A stretch of 63,073 nt of DNA, filler included, from Craspedostauros australis (lineage: Eukaryota), in assembly GCA_030167865.1 (NCBI GenBank). It is 11 parts of 11 records of this genome, joined end to end, with 100 filler letters (N's around TTAATTAATTAA, not from the genome) between each part and the next. Parts side by side here need not be neighbours in the genome. Positions count along the whole stretch, not along the records: positions 1 to 4,221 come from JALAGF010005869.1; positions 4,322 to 6,808 come from JALAGF010005871.1; positions 6,909 to 18,880 come from JALAGF010005872.1; 8 more parts are not named here. The stretch is one strand, 5' to 3'. Below, piece after piece: positions 1 to 11,147 of this stretch. The position numbers and the translations under genes are program-made. How positions within the stretch are numbered: the stretch's first letter is position 1; each line of letters opens with the position of its first letter. Below the pieces are notes generated by a model. It saw nothing but the letters and a program-made list of their open reading frames with translations, was not told the DNA's origin and ran no database searches.

Positions 1-3000
1 AGGTACGACAACGGTACTTGTCAACGCGGCGCTCCTGGCAGGCAACATCACCACGCTGCCTGGTGCACCAAAACGACGATTCCGAGCGTCTGGACAACAG
101 GTACGTCAGACTCACGAGGTGAAGTACGACGATGACCAGGCGCGGTTGGTGGCTGCATCTGGCATCACGGAAGACGTCGTGGTGAAGAGCACCGAATGGG
201 GAGGGTGGATCATCAACGAGTTGGGTGTCATCGGTTGTAGAACTTTCACGTCCGACAAGCTGCCGATCACGTCCGAATCATTCAGGAAGACGGACAAGAC
301 GCGAAAACTCGGGCGCACAGCGGCAGAAAGCAAGGGGCTGGTGTTCGGCAAAGCCCTCGAAGACGGACATGAACACCTGCCATCCGATCACACCACAGCA
401 CTACAAGACCAGACCGCAGAAACCGAACACCCACCACTCGCAGTACAAGGCTGGGCGAGCAAAACCGTACGGATCAACGCGAAACTACCAGACTACATCG
501 CGGACAAATTGAAGGGCATCAGTGAAGCGTCCGCGAAGGACCCGAAAAACAGACCATCTGAACACGAAGCACACGAGCAATTGATGGACAGTGAAAAAGC
601 CAAAACTGACTGGTACGTACAACTGCACNCTAACCCGATGCGTGTGAAAGCTTCACTGTCAGCAGCGTACAACGCCAAACAACGCAAGGAAAAGAAGGAG
701 GCCGCTCTCATCAAGATGGAAACCAGCACCAACACCAACCCAACAAGCAAAGCAACAACATCCATAATCGTGGCAACCTCCAATGCACCATCTGCAACAG
801 AGGAGGAGCAGAGAGAAGAGGAGTTGCAGAGAGAGGAAGAGGAATTGGACCATCAGATGTGGTGTGATGCTCACANNNNNNNNNNNNNNNNNNNNNNNNN
901 NNNNNNNNNNNNNNNNNNNNNNNNNCAAAACCGTACGGATCAACGCGAAACTACCAGACTACATCGCGGACAAATTGAAGGGCATCAGTGAAGCGTCCGC
1001 GAAGGACCCGAAAAACAGACCATCTGAACACGAAGCACACGAGCAATTGATGGACAGTGAAAAAGCCAAAACTGACTGGTACGTACAACTGCACNCTAAC
1101 CCGATGCGTGTGAAAGCTTCACTGTCAGCAGCGTACAACGCCAAACAACGCAAGGAAAAGAAGGAGGCCGCTCTCATCAAGATGGAAACCAGCACCAACA
1201 CCAACCCAACAAGCAAAGCAACAACATCCATAATCGTGGCAACCTCCAATGCACCATCTGCAACAGAGGAGGAGCAGAGAGAAGAGGAGTTGCAGAGAGA
1301 GGAAGAGGAATTGGACCATCAGATGTGGTGTGATGCTCACACAATGAAGGTGAACAGAGAAAGTGAGGCTGTGTTGGATGATGAGACGAAAATTTTGTGA
1401 TGGATGTGCATCGCCGCGATAACACGAGTTGTGGAGTTTTGTGGGTGATGGGTCGTGATACGTAGACTATCTAGAGCCCACCCCAAAACCATCCAAATAT
1501 CTGCTTATCATGCTATATCTCAACAACACATCGTGTGCAATCAAATCTAAACAGTGCATTAGTACGCCTGACTATCGTTTGGTCAGAAAATTGAAGTTAA
1601 ATTGACAAGGAAGTTATTTTCAATTTCATGTTGGCTCACCACACAGTTGCGTGGTGGATTCGAAAAATTCTCGATACAGCAATGTTGCCCTCCACTCAGC
1701 ACCCATGATCATCATCATCATCCAGTTATATTGGCAAACTGTGCATACCATTCGCTCTGTGTACCCCCCATCTATCCACCCCATGAAGGACAGAACGTTT
1801 CTGCCACACTGCATACCCAAATGTGTCCATACACTGAAAAGAGCGATTTCGAAAAACGATTTGCAAGCCGGTTGTGGCATGGATACAGATCCATACCTCA
1901 TCCACATGACCCTTTCAGCCTCTCCACGTGCCCCTCGTGCATACCCACACTCCCTGGCGACATGCTGATGCATCCAGAGCGGGCTGGGCATGGATGGTCC
2001 CAATGGCACACCTCCATTTGGTGATGGCACTGGTGTTTTGGGGTGCCCCACCAAAACGGACCTGTCTGCACTCATTCCATGCCGCAGCCTCTTCCAGACC
2101 ATTGCAGCAGCCCAAACTTCGCGACGTGCATCTTCAGGCGATGCCGCACGGACCTTGTATGGGTGACTTGGCGATTGGGCAGCTTGATGATGCTGCCCCC
2201 TCACTGCCAAAGTCACTTGGCTGGTTCGCCGCGATCCGCCCAACAAAACTCTTGCCCTCGACTGATTCCTCCGCACGGATGCCTTCCTGGTCCTCCCCGA
2301 GCCTGAGACTTCGTGGGCGCGTTGGCAATGCCCTCCTGGATGCGCCTTGCCCATTCGCAGGTGTTGGTGTGCCCTGTGCATGGAATACACAGGCTACATC
2401 CAACGAGCCAATTTGCTGCAATTTGGAGACGTTTGCGCGGAGGCCTGCGGCGGCCCCAAATCAACCGCTCTCGCAGCCTCCGCTCGTCCTCCCACCAAGG
2501 GTTGCATGGCGGTGACGGCGATGTGCTTGGATTCGCCGGTGGACCGCTGGTTGTTGCGGCGCGGGGGTTGCCGTTGGACGGCCATTGTGTGCTTTTTTTG
2601 GTGTTGCACCATTGTCATGTGATGGTGTTGAGTTTTGCGCTCTCGGCCGGCCTCACATATTGGGGTCCCCGGTAATTAATCATAACCTTCCCAAACGCAC
2701 GAAGGGAGCATCACACAAAACACTTCGAGAGTACCAATGCAACTCAACCATTCCGTTACTACAAAACGTAGCCAAGGATGATTCACATCGTGCTGTGATT
2801 GGTGTTTCATGATGCAGTAGCCAGTCTGGCGACGTAGATGACGGATCAGGCAAGCACAGGGTAGAATGGATGTAAACGCGAACTCGCCGCTTCTCCCAAA
2901 TCTCTACAACTAGTGCTATCGTGGAGGGACTTTTGGATCGTCTCGTGGGAACGCCTCAAAAAGAGACTAAACAATTCAAAATCGGAACAAACTTGCTGAA

Positions 3001-3248
3001 ACGAAGAACAGCAAAGGGTTAAGTTGGATCGATGTAGTCGTAGCCAAAGGGCTGAAACCCGAAAGAGATCGGAAAATATGCACATCCATCGGTCCATAAA
3101 ACTTAAAATAAGATCTAACTCAAAATTGTAATGGTTAATTATTCGTATTAGACCTACAAGGATTACGAATATGTGCTTGGTTTGGACAACGGAGACAAAA
3201 AGTCAAGAGGTCCATTTCAAAGTGTTGGTCGACTCACTCGAGGGGCTC
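1..3248 (+). mobile_element. DNA transposon, 3' part, Sola-like (copy 1)
   Basis: Homologous to 27754-29800(-), 30280-33822(+) and 18564-18880(-). Similarity between copies stops at GGTCGACTCACTCGAGGGGCTC (3227-3248), followed by ATAT. Confidence 0.7.
2..1400 (+). CDS. Putative transposase C-terminal region (5'-truncated; 926-1341 duplicates 460-875 across an N gap)
   Basis: Open frame from position 2 (GTTTVLVNAA...PKRRFRASGQQVRQTHEVKYDDD...) to TGA 1398-1400; protein conserved in three copies. Confidence 0.6.
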
Positions 3249-3570
3249 ATATGCAAAGAGGAGTTCGGACGAGACATTGCCAATTCCTTGTGGAGTCGTG
3301 GGCCAATAGAGGGTGAGACAACTGAGTATGTATCGAATACGGAGTACGTATCGAGTACAGAATATTGCGTGATACCAGCACACAACATCAAGAGAGAGAG
3401 AATACGAGCAACAGCGAGAGAGCATCTCGTGTGCCAACTCATAGTTGGGCAGACCAACGGAAGACTCCAAGAGCATCGGATTAGCAACGTAATGAAATAG
3501 CAATTGAAACCGTAACAACCAACACCGTCTTCCACGATCCCAAGGCATCCGCGTGCGGAACATGCCAACA
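3249..3570 (-). mobile_element. LTR fragment, family A-related
   Basis: Reverse complement starts TGTTGGCATGTTCCGCAC...GATCGTGGAAGACGGTGTTGGTTG...GCTATTTCATTAC, similar to the LTR starts at 29801, 59653 and 60146. Confidence 0.65.
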
Positions 3571-3608
3571 CACATGTGCCAAATTTGTCAGCAAATTCCT
3601 CATTTGGG

Positions 3609-3688
3609 ATATGTGCTTGGTTTGGAAATCAGAGACAAAAAGTTAGGAGGTCCATTTCAAATGGTTGGTCGACTCACTGATGGGACTC
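3609..3688 (+). mobile_element. Second Sola-like element terminus
   Basis: Diverged copy of 3169-3248 ending GGTCGACTCACTGATGGGACTC, followed by ATAG. Confidence 0.65.
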
Positions 3689-4265
3689 ATAGTGACACGA
3701 CTGAGAATGACCGATTTGAAACTAGACGAAACTTCATGTAGTGTGTCCTTCTACGTTTCTGTGAACGCTGTGTTGCGTGACTTGCAACAACGAGAACGCT
3801 TCTCTTTCATCAATTCGCATTCTGTTGGTTCCGAAGAAGTACAGACGCCATATCCATGGTGAGTTTTGTTTCACGGTGTTCTTAGTGCACCTTCCGAACA
3901 AGGAAGATCGGGGGGTCAGAAAAGGCCGATTCTTCCTTGCAAGGAAGGACCTTCCGAACAAGGAAGGTTTCGGGCCTCTCAGGGGGGGTCAAAATCACAA
4001 AAAAGCAGACCCCAACGCAAACATGACACCCCACTGCGTGAAAACAACACGGTTTTTGCTCTACGCGATACATACGGACGTTGCATCCGCAATTTTACTT
4101 CTGGTTCCTGTGCTTTACAGACTAGTGCCAAATTGCAGCACACGCACTCTCCATGTGCACCTCCTCCATCTAATCCAATGTCTCTACTTCCACTATAGCT
4201 GATCCATACTTCTCCTATGCANNNNNNNNNNNNNNNNNNNNNNNNNNNNNNNNNNNNNNNNNNNN

Positions 4266-4277
4266 TTAATTAATTAA
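4266..4277. other. Artificial scaffold linker TTAATTAATTAA within N runs (also 6853, 18925, 20591, 27698, 30224, 34921, 53298, 58311, 60299)
   Basis: Identical 12-mer, always embedded in N blocks; ten occurrences. Confidence 0.97.
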
Positions 4278-4321
4278 NNNNNNNNNNNNNNNNNNNNNNN
4301 NNNNNNNNNNNNNNNNNNNNN

Positions 4322-4810
4322 ACACATCTTGTATGGGTGGGTTGGCGGTGTGGTGGATGTTCACATGCGCCACCACACCAGCAAAGCCACGTGATGGGTG
4401 CTTTGCCACCACCCAAAAAACTCTTGCACTCCACTTGTTCCTTCTCTTGACACCTTCCAGGCAGTCTTTCAGCCTCAAACTTCGTAGAACCCTTCATCTT
4501 GATCCCCTTGATGCGTCTTGCCCATCCATGTTTGTCGAAATGGCTTGTATCGTCCACACACAGCCCGTACCCAACGTGCATGGTTGACGCTTTTTTGCGC
4601 GTTTTGCTCGTTTCGCTATCGCTGATTCAAATGAACCGCTCTGACAGCGCCCTCTTGCCCATCCACCAAGCTTTCCATGGCGGTTCCGTTGATGTGCTTG
4701 GATTTGGTATTGGACTGATGGTTGGTGCAATGCCATCCATGACATTTGGTGGTTCTCGCAGTGTCTTGTTTTGTTTCCCATTGTCGTGTTGTTGTGTTTG
4801 GTTTCTTGGC
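4322..4810 (+). repeat. Diverged homolog of the internal 3' region of the Sola-like element
   Basis: Shares blocks such as AGCCTCAAACTTC, CCACCAAG...CATGGCGG...GATGTGCTTGGATT and CCATTGTC with ~2150-2630 and ~32340-32820. Confidence 0.5.
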
Positions 4811-5065
4811 GACGGTCTTTTCTTGCTGTTGGGGTGTGGGAAATTAAAACAGAATTCCAACGAATGCCTCCAAACCTTTGCTACAAATCCTGAGTCTGAT
4901 GAGTCCACTGTTGGTTTCTGGAAAGCCAGATGGGAAACACTCGGAAAAAATAGTGCATTCTAACTACAGTCCCGTGACCCTCCCACAGTTGAAGACGTAC
5001 GTAGGACCAGTGCAATTTACGTAGAACAAGTAGAAACTGCACTAGAAAACACAATTTTCCATGGC

Positions 5066-6808
5066 ATGCAACGATGCTACAAACGACTATGGGAGAGGCT
5101 CTCAGAGGACCCGAAAGAAACAGACAATGTGATGATCGGGAGACGATACGGGATGTGTTGTGTGTGTGATGATGTTATTGTGACTATCTCCGACCGTGCA
5201 GAGGCTGTGAACATGGGATTTGCTGCTGCACCGTCTGCCATGGGACCATATACCAACAGACAACACCCCGTGCGGGTACAGGAAGAGGAGGGCGTCACAC
5301 TGGTGGTGACAGCGGACGAGGAGGTGGTCGAGGAGGAAAGCAACAGGCCAGGAGCTCACCAGCAAAAAGACGTCGCCAACTTGTCCCACAGAGGATGAGA
5401 ACTGTTGGATTTGGAGCCACCAGCTGGAGCGAAAATGGGGTGACATCCTCCAGGAACGCAACNNNNNNNNNNNNNNNNNNNNNNNNNNNNNNNNNNNNNN
5501 NNNNNNNNNNNNTGGTGACGGTCTTTTCTTGCTGTTGGGGTTTGGGAAATTAAAACAGAATTCCAACGAATGCCTCCAAACCTTTGCTACAAATCCTGAG
5601 TCTGGTGAGTCCGCTGTTGGTTTCTGTGAAAGCCAAGACATGTGAAACACTCGGAAAAAATAGTGCATTCTAACTACAGTCCCGTGGCCCTCCCACAGTT
5701 GAAGACGTACGTAGGANNNNNNNNNNNNNNNNNNNNNNNNNNNNNNNNNNNNNNNNNNNNNNNNNNNNNNNNNNNNNNNNNNNNNNNNNNNNNNNNNNNN
5801 NNNNNNNNNNNNNNNNNNNNNNNNNNNNNNNNNNNNNNNNNNNNNNNNNNNNNNNNNNNNNNNNNNNNNNNNNNTACAAACGACTATGGGAGAGGCTCTC
5901 AGAGGACCCGAAAGAAACAGACAATGTGATGATCGGGAGACGATACGGGATGTGTTGTATGTGTGATGATGTTATTGTGACTAACTCCGACCGTGCAGAG
6001 GCTGTGAACATGGGATTTGCTGCTGCACCGTCTGCCATGGGACCATATACCAACAGACAACACCCCGTGCGGGTACAGGAAGAGGAGGGCGTCACACTGG
6101 TGGTGACAGCGGACGAGGAGGTGGTCGAGGAGGAAAGCAACAGGCCAGGAGCTCACCAGCAAAAAGACGTCGCCAACTTGTCNCACAGAGGATGAGAACT
6201 GTTGGATTTGGAGCCACCAGCTGGAGCGAAAATGGGGTGACATCCTCCAGGAACGCAACCTGCTGATCAGAGGGTCTGAACCCTTTGTGCACACGATGAG
6301 GGAAGACGGCGCTATGGATGAAGTACTGGCATTTGTGAAGGACCTGGATGAGGCCCTGAAAGAGGGTGCCTCTCTTGATGACTCAACGGGCATGTTTCAC
6401 GATGCGTACTTCAACAAGATGTCTGCAGACATGAACCTACGCATGGTCAAGCTGATGGTCAGACTGGTTGCCACCTCCAACAAATTCTCTGGAGGGCTGT
6501 GGAAGTCCNAGCAGATCAAGGCAACACACAAGACAGCAGNATGGATTGGTGTGAGGATGGCACTCGTGATGGTCAAAGGCATGCCTCTGGACAACGAAAA
6601 AGAAGAACTGGCGAAATCCCTCAACCTGGTGGCAAAACAAGAAACAGCGAAAACTAAGACACAAAGTTGTGACGTTTCCGCACAAGCAGCCAAAACCGCA
6701 GGGCCTCCACAGTGTGAATGATGCGCTCAGCAAGTACCACAAGATGTTCTTTGACGTCCAACTCCCCATGAAGCGTGAAGGCCATGACTCCCCGCTGGTG
6801 CAGGTTAT
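5066..6808 (+). pseudogene. Frameshifted ORF fragments of unknown function (probably TE-derived; partly duplicated across gaps)
   Basis: Protein-like pieces in shifting frames (RRYGMCCVCDDVIV...; MREDGAMDEVLAFVKDLDEALKEG...). 4806-5462 is repeated at 5513-6260 with SNPs. Confidence 0.35.
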
Positions 6809-6911
6809 NNNNNNNNNNNNNNNNNNNNNNNNNNNNNNNNNNNNNNNNNNNNTTAATTAATTAANNNNNNNNNNNNNNNNNNNNNNNNNNNNNNNNNNNN
6901 NNNNNNNNTCC

Positions 6912-8925
6912 ATGCACGTCGGAGATGTCGACTTCGAGGTCGAGGACCCAGCCGATATCGGAAACGCCTCCTGGGAGGAGGTCATCCAGACCTGCTGCGT
7001 TCACAGCGCCGAGGAGTGGGTCATGATCTTCCTCGGATTCTCCACCGTCGTCTTCTTCCTCTACTTCTTCCTCTTCGGACTCGACCTTCTCGGATCCGGA
7101 GCCAAGGTCATGGGAGGCTGCACTGCCGGACAGCTCTTCGGAGATGAGACCAACCCAATCGCCGGACTCATGGTTGGCATCCTCGCCACCGTCCTCCTCC
7201 AGTCTTCTTCCACCACCACCTCCATCGTCGTCGCCCTNGTCGGTGCTGATGCCGTCTCCGTCAAGCAGGGAATCTTCATGATCATGGGTGCCAACATCGG
7301 AACCTCCGTCACCAACACCATCGTCGCCATCGGCCATTTGGGAGATGGAGACCAGCTCGAGCGCGCCTTCGCCGGAGCCACCGTCCACGATATGTTCAAC
7401 TTCCTCTCCGTCGGCATCCTTCTCCCACTCGAGGTCATCACCGGATACCTCAACGCCATCACCAAGGCCATGGTCAGCAACGCCGACACTGAGAAGGGTG
7501 ACAAGTGGGAGGGACCAGTCAAGAAGCTCGTCTCCCCGCTCGGAAAGAAGGTCATCATCGCCAACAAGAAGGTCATCGAGGCCGTCGCCAAGGGAGGATC
7601 GTGCTCTGACTTCTACCCAATCAACTGCACCGACAACAACAACCCAACCAAGAAGTCCTGCAANAAGGTCGGNCTCATCGGATGCGACAAGAAGACCGGA
7701 GACTGCCCAGCCTTCTTCCAGCCAGAGGCCACCAAGAANGACGACCAGATCGCCGGATTCATCATCTTCATCATCGCCATCGGAATCCTCTTCATCTGCC
7801 TCTTCGCCATGGTCACCATGCTCCAGAAGATGCTCCTCGGAACCTCCACCCGCATCATCCACAAGGCCACCAACATCANNNNNNNNNNNNNNNNNNNNNN
7901 NNNNNNNNNNNNNNNNNNNNNNNNNNNNCAAGGGAGGATCGTGCTCTGACTTCTACCCAATCAACTGCACCGACAACAACAACCCAACCAAGAAGTCCTG
8001 CAAGAAGGTCGGGCTCATCGGATGCGACAAGAAGACCGGAGACTGCCCAGCCTTCTTCCAGCCAGAGGCCACCAAGAAGGACGACCAGATCGCCGGATTC
8101 ATCATCTTCATCATCGCCATCGGAATCCTCTTCATCTGNNNNNNNNNNNNNNNNNNNNNNNNNNNNNNNNNNNNNNNNNNNNNNNNNNNNNNNNNNNNNN
8201 NNNNNNNNNNNNNNNNNNNNNNNNNNNNNNNNNNNNNNCTCGGAGCCGGAATCACCATGGTCGTCCAGTCCTCCTCCATCACCACCTCCGCCCTCACACC
8301 ACTCGTCGGTATGGGAGTCCTCCGTCTCGAGCAGATGCTTCCACTGACCCTCGGAGCCAACATCGGAACCACCGGTACCGCCATCCTCTCCGCCTTCGTC
8401 ACCGACGGAACCAACGCCCTCCGCGTCGCCCTTGCCCACTTGCTCTTCAACATTTCCGGAATCATCATCTGGTACCCAATTCCATTCATGCGCCAGGTGC
8501 CGCTCATGGCCGCCCGCCAGCTCGGAAAGGGAACCCGCGTCTGGCGTGGATTCCCATTGATGTACATCATCGTCATGTTCCTGATCGTCCCACTCCTCTT
8601 CCTCGGCCTCTCCTGGTTGTTCACCCAGGACAAGAAGGCCTTCACCACCCTCGGATCCTGCTTGACCGTCGGCCTCTTCTTCATCATCGTCTACGTTGGC
8701 TACTACTGCCAGTTCAACGGCGGTAAGGAGGCCTGCTACGACAGCATGGTCGCCCGGCAGACCCGCCAGGAGGCCATCCAGGCCCTCCCAGATGACATGG
8801 AGTTCCTCAAGGCCCGCATCGCCGCCCTCTCTGAGCACACCGGACTCGCCGCTGACGACGAGGAGATGCCAGAGAAGGAGGTGGAGGCCGAGGCCGAGGT
8901 CGCCGAGTCTGTCGGAGAAGCCTAA
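6912..8925 (+). CDS. SLC34: Sodium-dependent phosphate cotransporter, SLC34/NaPi-II family (5' end possibly truncated; internal gaps and duplication)
   Basis: Two signature repeats (LLQSSSTTTS...IMGANIGTSVT and VVQSSSITTS...LGANIGTT), AFAGATVHDMFN, multiple TM helices, strong C-ending codon bias, TAA at 8923-8925. Confidence 0.93.
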
Positions 8926-9249
8926 ACCCCACATCCACCAAAATGCATGTTCAATCGTGTTGATCGAGTCCGTCGATAGTCCACAACAGACGACGCCGTG
9001 CTGTGCAACGTCCACGCACCATCGTCTATCCTGTCGCCGCAATGGTTGCCTCTCGATGGGTGCGGCACTTCGCATGAAGCTTCCCACACATCTATACTTG
9101 TGACGGCGCACCAAGGCTTACTAAGCATGCCCAGGATACCGTAGGACAATCCGGATAAGATCAGTAGTTATTTCAAAACCAAAAAGAGTCCCAACTGTTT
9201 GTGGATGTTTTGAGCTTGGACTTTGGCTCCGATGTACCAGGACACAATG

Positions 9250-9660
9250 GCTTGTTGGAACCCATCAACGTCGTACAAGTATCATCGTCGCTTTTCGAGT
9301 CCTTCAAATACCGCATTTCGATGATGCGGGATTTCTCTTCACGTTCGGATAAGGCCTGGATGGCTGCGCACGCAATTGGCAGTGGCGACTTTCTCATTGG
9401 AGTTGGGTACCTCAAAGATGAGACAGATGAATCCACTGTCGCTTCGTCGCAAGGTTCGATGGAAGGGGAAGGCATTTCCAACGTCCCCTGATTTGCGATG
9501 CTGCGCTGGAAGAAGAGGATGAAGGCAAGATGGCCAAAGATGCGGCGATAGTTGGAAGGCGCCCTGCCCAATCGGAAATTGATGAGGTTGGGGAACGCGA
9601 AGATGATTTGGAGAGAAAGGACCCAAAACCGATCACGGTGATGAGCTCATTGCCATCGTT
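9250..9660 (-). pseudogene. Frameshifted homolog of a conserved plant/algal GGCT-fold-like uncharacterised protein
   Basis: Joining frames gives ITVIGFGSFLSKSSSR/FPNLINFRLGR..NYRRIFGH...FFQRSIAN..TLEM.S.SIEP/GFICLIFEVP/LSEREEK; at least two frameshifts. Confidence 0.55.
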
Positions 9661-11147
9661 GTTGTCATCGTCGCTGGACGCGGATGACGTTCTTCGTCAT
9701 TGCAGAGTAAACGATTCAGGTGTTCTGCGGCGGAGTCTTTGGACGGATGGAAGATGATTGTTATGCCGATCGCGCAACAGGAATGCCGTTGCTCTGAGGG
9801 ATCGAACGCCGATGCAGGAAGCTAGAGAGCAAGAAGAGAATGACAAGCGTGGCCAACGTCTCGGCGTGCGGGTAGCCGAGAGAGATGGAGGAAGAAAGAG
9901 TGCCAAGACCATGATTTGTGGCATGGAGATGTTGCGGAAGATTGGGGTGTGTGTGAGAATATGGAATTCTCATTATTCGTCGATGGGAAGGACACGTCTG
10001 CGAGGTCCATGATGAAGAGCCACGAGGTCTGTCATTCCAAAGATCCAACACGCAGAAACGCAAACAAGAAGAGTCCACAAAAATCGTATCGCCATCAACC
10101 ATCACCACCACAACAGAGGGCTCTCCGGCCACCGCCGTCTCCAGAGGGCATCGATGGATGCAGCAAAACGATGCAAGTGGAGCTGCTCGATGAGCATTGA
10201 AATGCCCACCAACGTGCCACGGGCGCTATCCGATTTCTCGATCGCACGACGCCCATCGGACAGATGATCAATTCGCATTTGCCTGCGATATCACAGCAGC
10301 CAAGAGGATCATGCCAACCATCTCCTCTTCAGCGCCAATCAACGGGAGATGATCGACACATCGCGACAGCGGCTGATCCACGGCAAGACCAACGCCGTTT
10401 GCGATCGGTATGGCTATTCTGGCGTTGCCCTTTCATCGGCCAAAGTGAAGGAGGATGGCACGCCGTTGTCATCATCACTGGACGATCGTGCAAAGCACAA
10501 TGTTGGTGCTGCACACTCAATACGGGGGAGGGTCGCCTTGCGATTCATCGATCGTGAAACGACAGTCGGCATCTGTCGTGTCTTGTACATACAAGTATAG
10601 TGGACATCGAAGACAACTCACGTCACGCCGCGCCGCCGATACTGGCACTTCAAAACTGTGATCATAACTTGAATGAGGCGCTCTGCATGCTCTTATTTCG
10701 TGGAGATAGGTCTCAAGTGGCACAGACGTTTCGACAACACAATGCACAGTCAACGCACGCATACCACACATTCATGCGCTGGTATTGTTGGGAGGGCAAA
10801 CGGAGATCGTACGTGCTTCAATGATTGAGGTATGTCTGGATGGTGACGATGCGAGCGATGACCGAGAGCAGCAGACCCAAAGCACAACGAATGGGTGCCC
10901 ACAATCAGTCTGGAGAGTAGAGGGTGCCACGTTGAATGCCTGCCGACGAGTATGTGCTATATTTCACGTTACGCTTCCTGACGTTTACACAGTGAAGCAA
11001 AATCTTGTGTAGACACCAACGTGTTGCGATTCTTATTGTCGTTGTCGGCGTCGCTCCTTCTGCTTGTGGTAAAGATGATGACGTTGTGGATGCCACGATG
11101 CATCGCAGAGTATGCTACTCTCGTGAGTAGTTGGTACAAAAATGAGA

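Noticed and set aside
460..1341. Tandem duplications inside genes (also 7589-8138, 19594-20546, 25198-26026, 32790-33520, 58638-59610)
   Set aside because: Each flanks a ~50-N gap and is near-identical, consistent with unmerged contig overlaps or haplotypes.
4222..4321. TTAATTAATTAA as a biological motif or piggyBac target
   Set aside because: Always centred in N blocks; it is an assembly linker, so cross-linker gene neighbourhoods are meaningless.
6861..9114. Long overlapping and antisense ORFs over SLC34
   Set aside because: Shadows of strong codon bias, extended by N runs.
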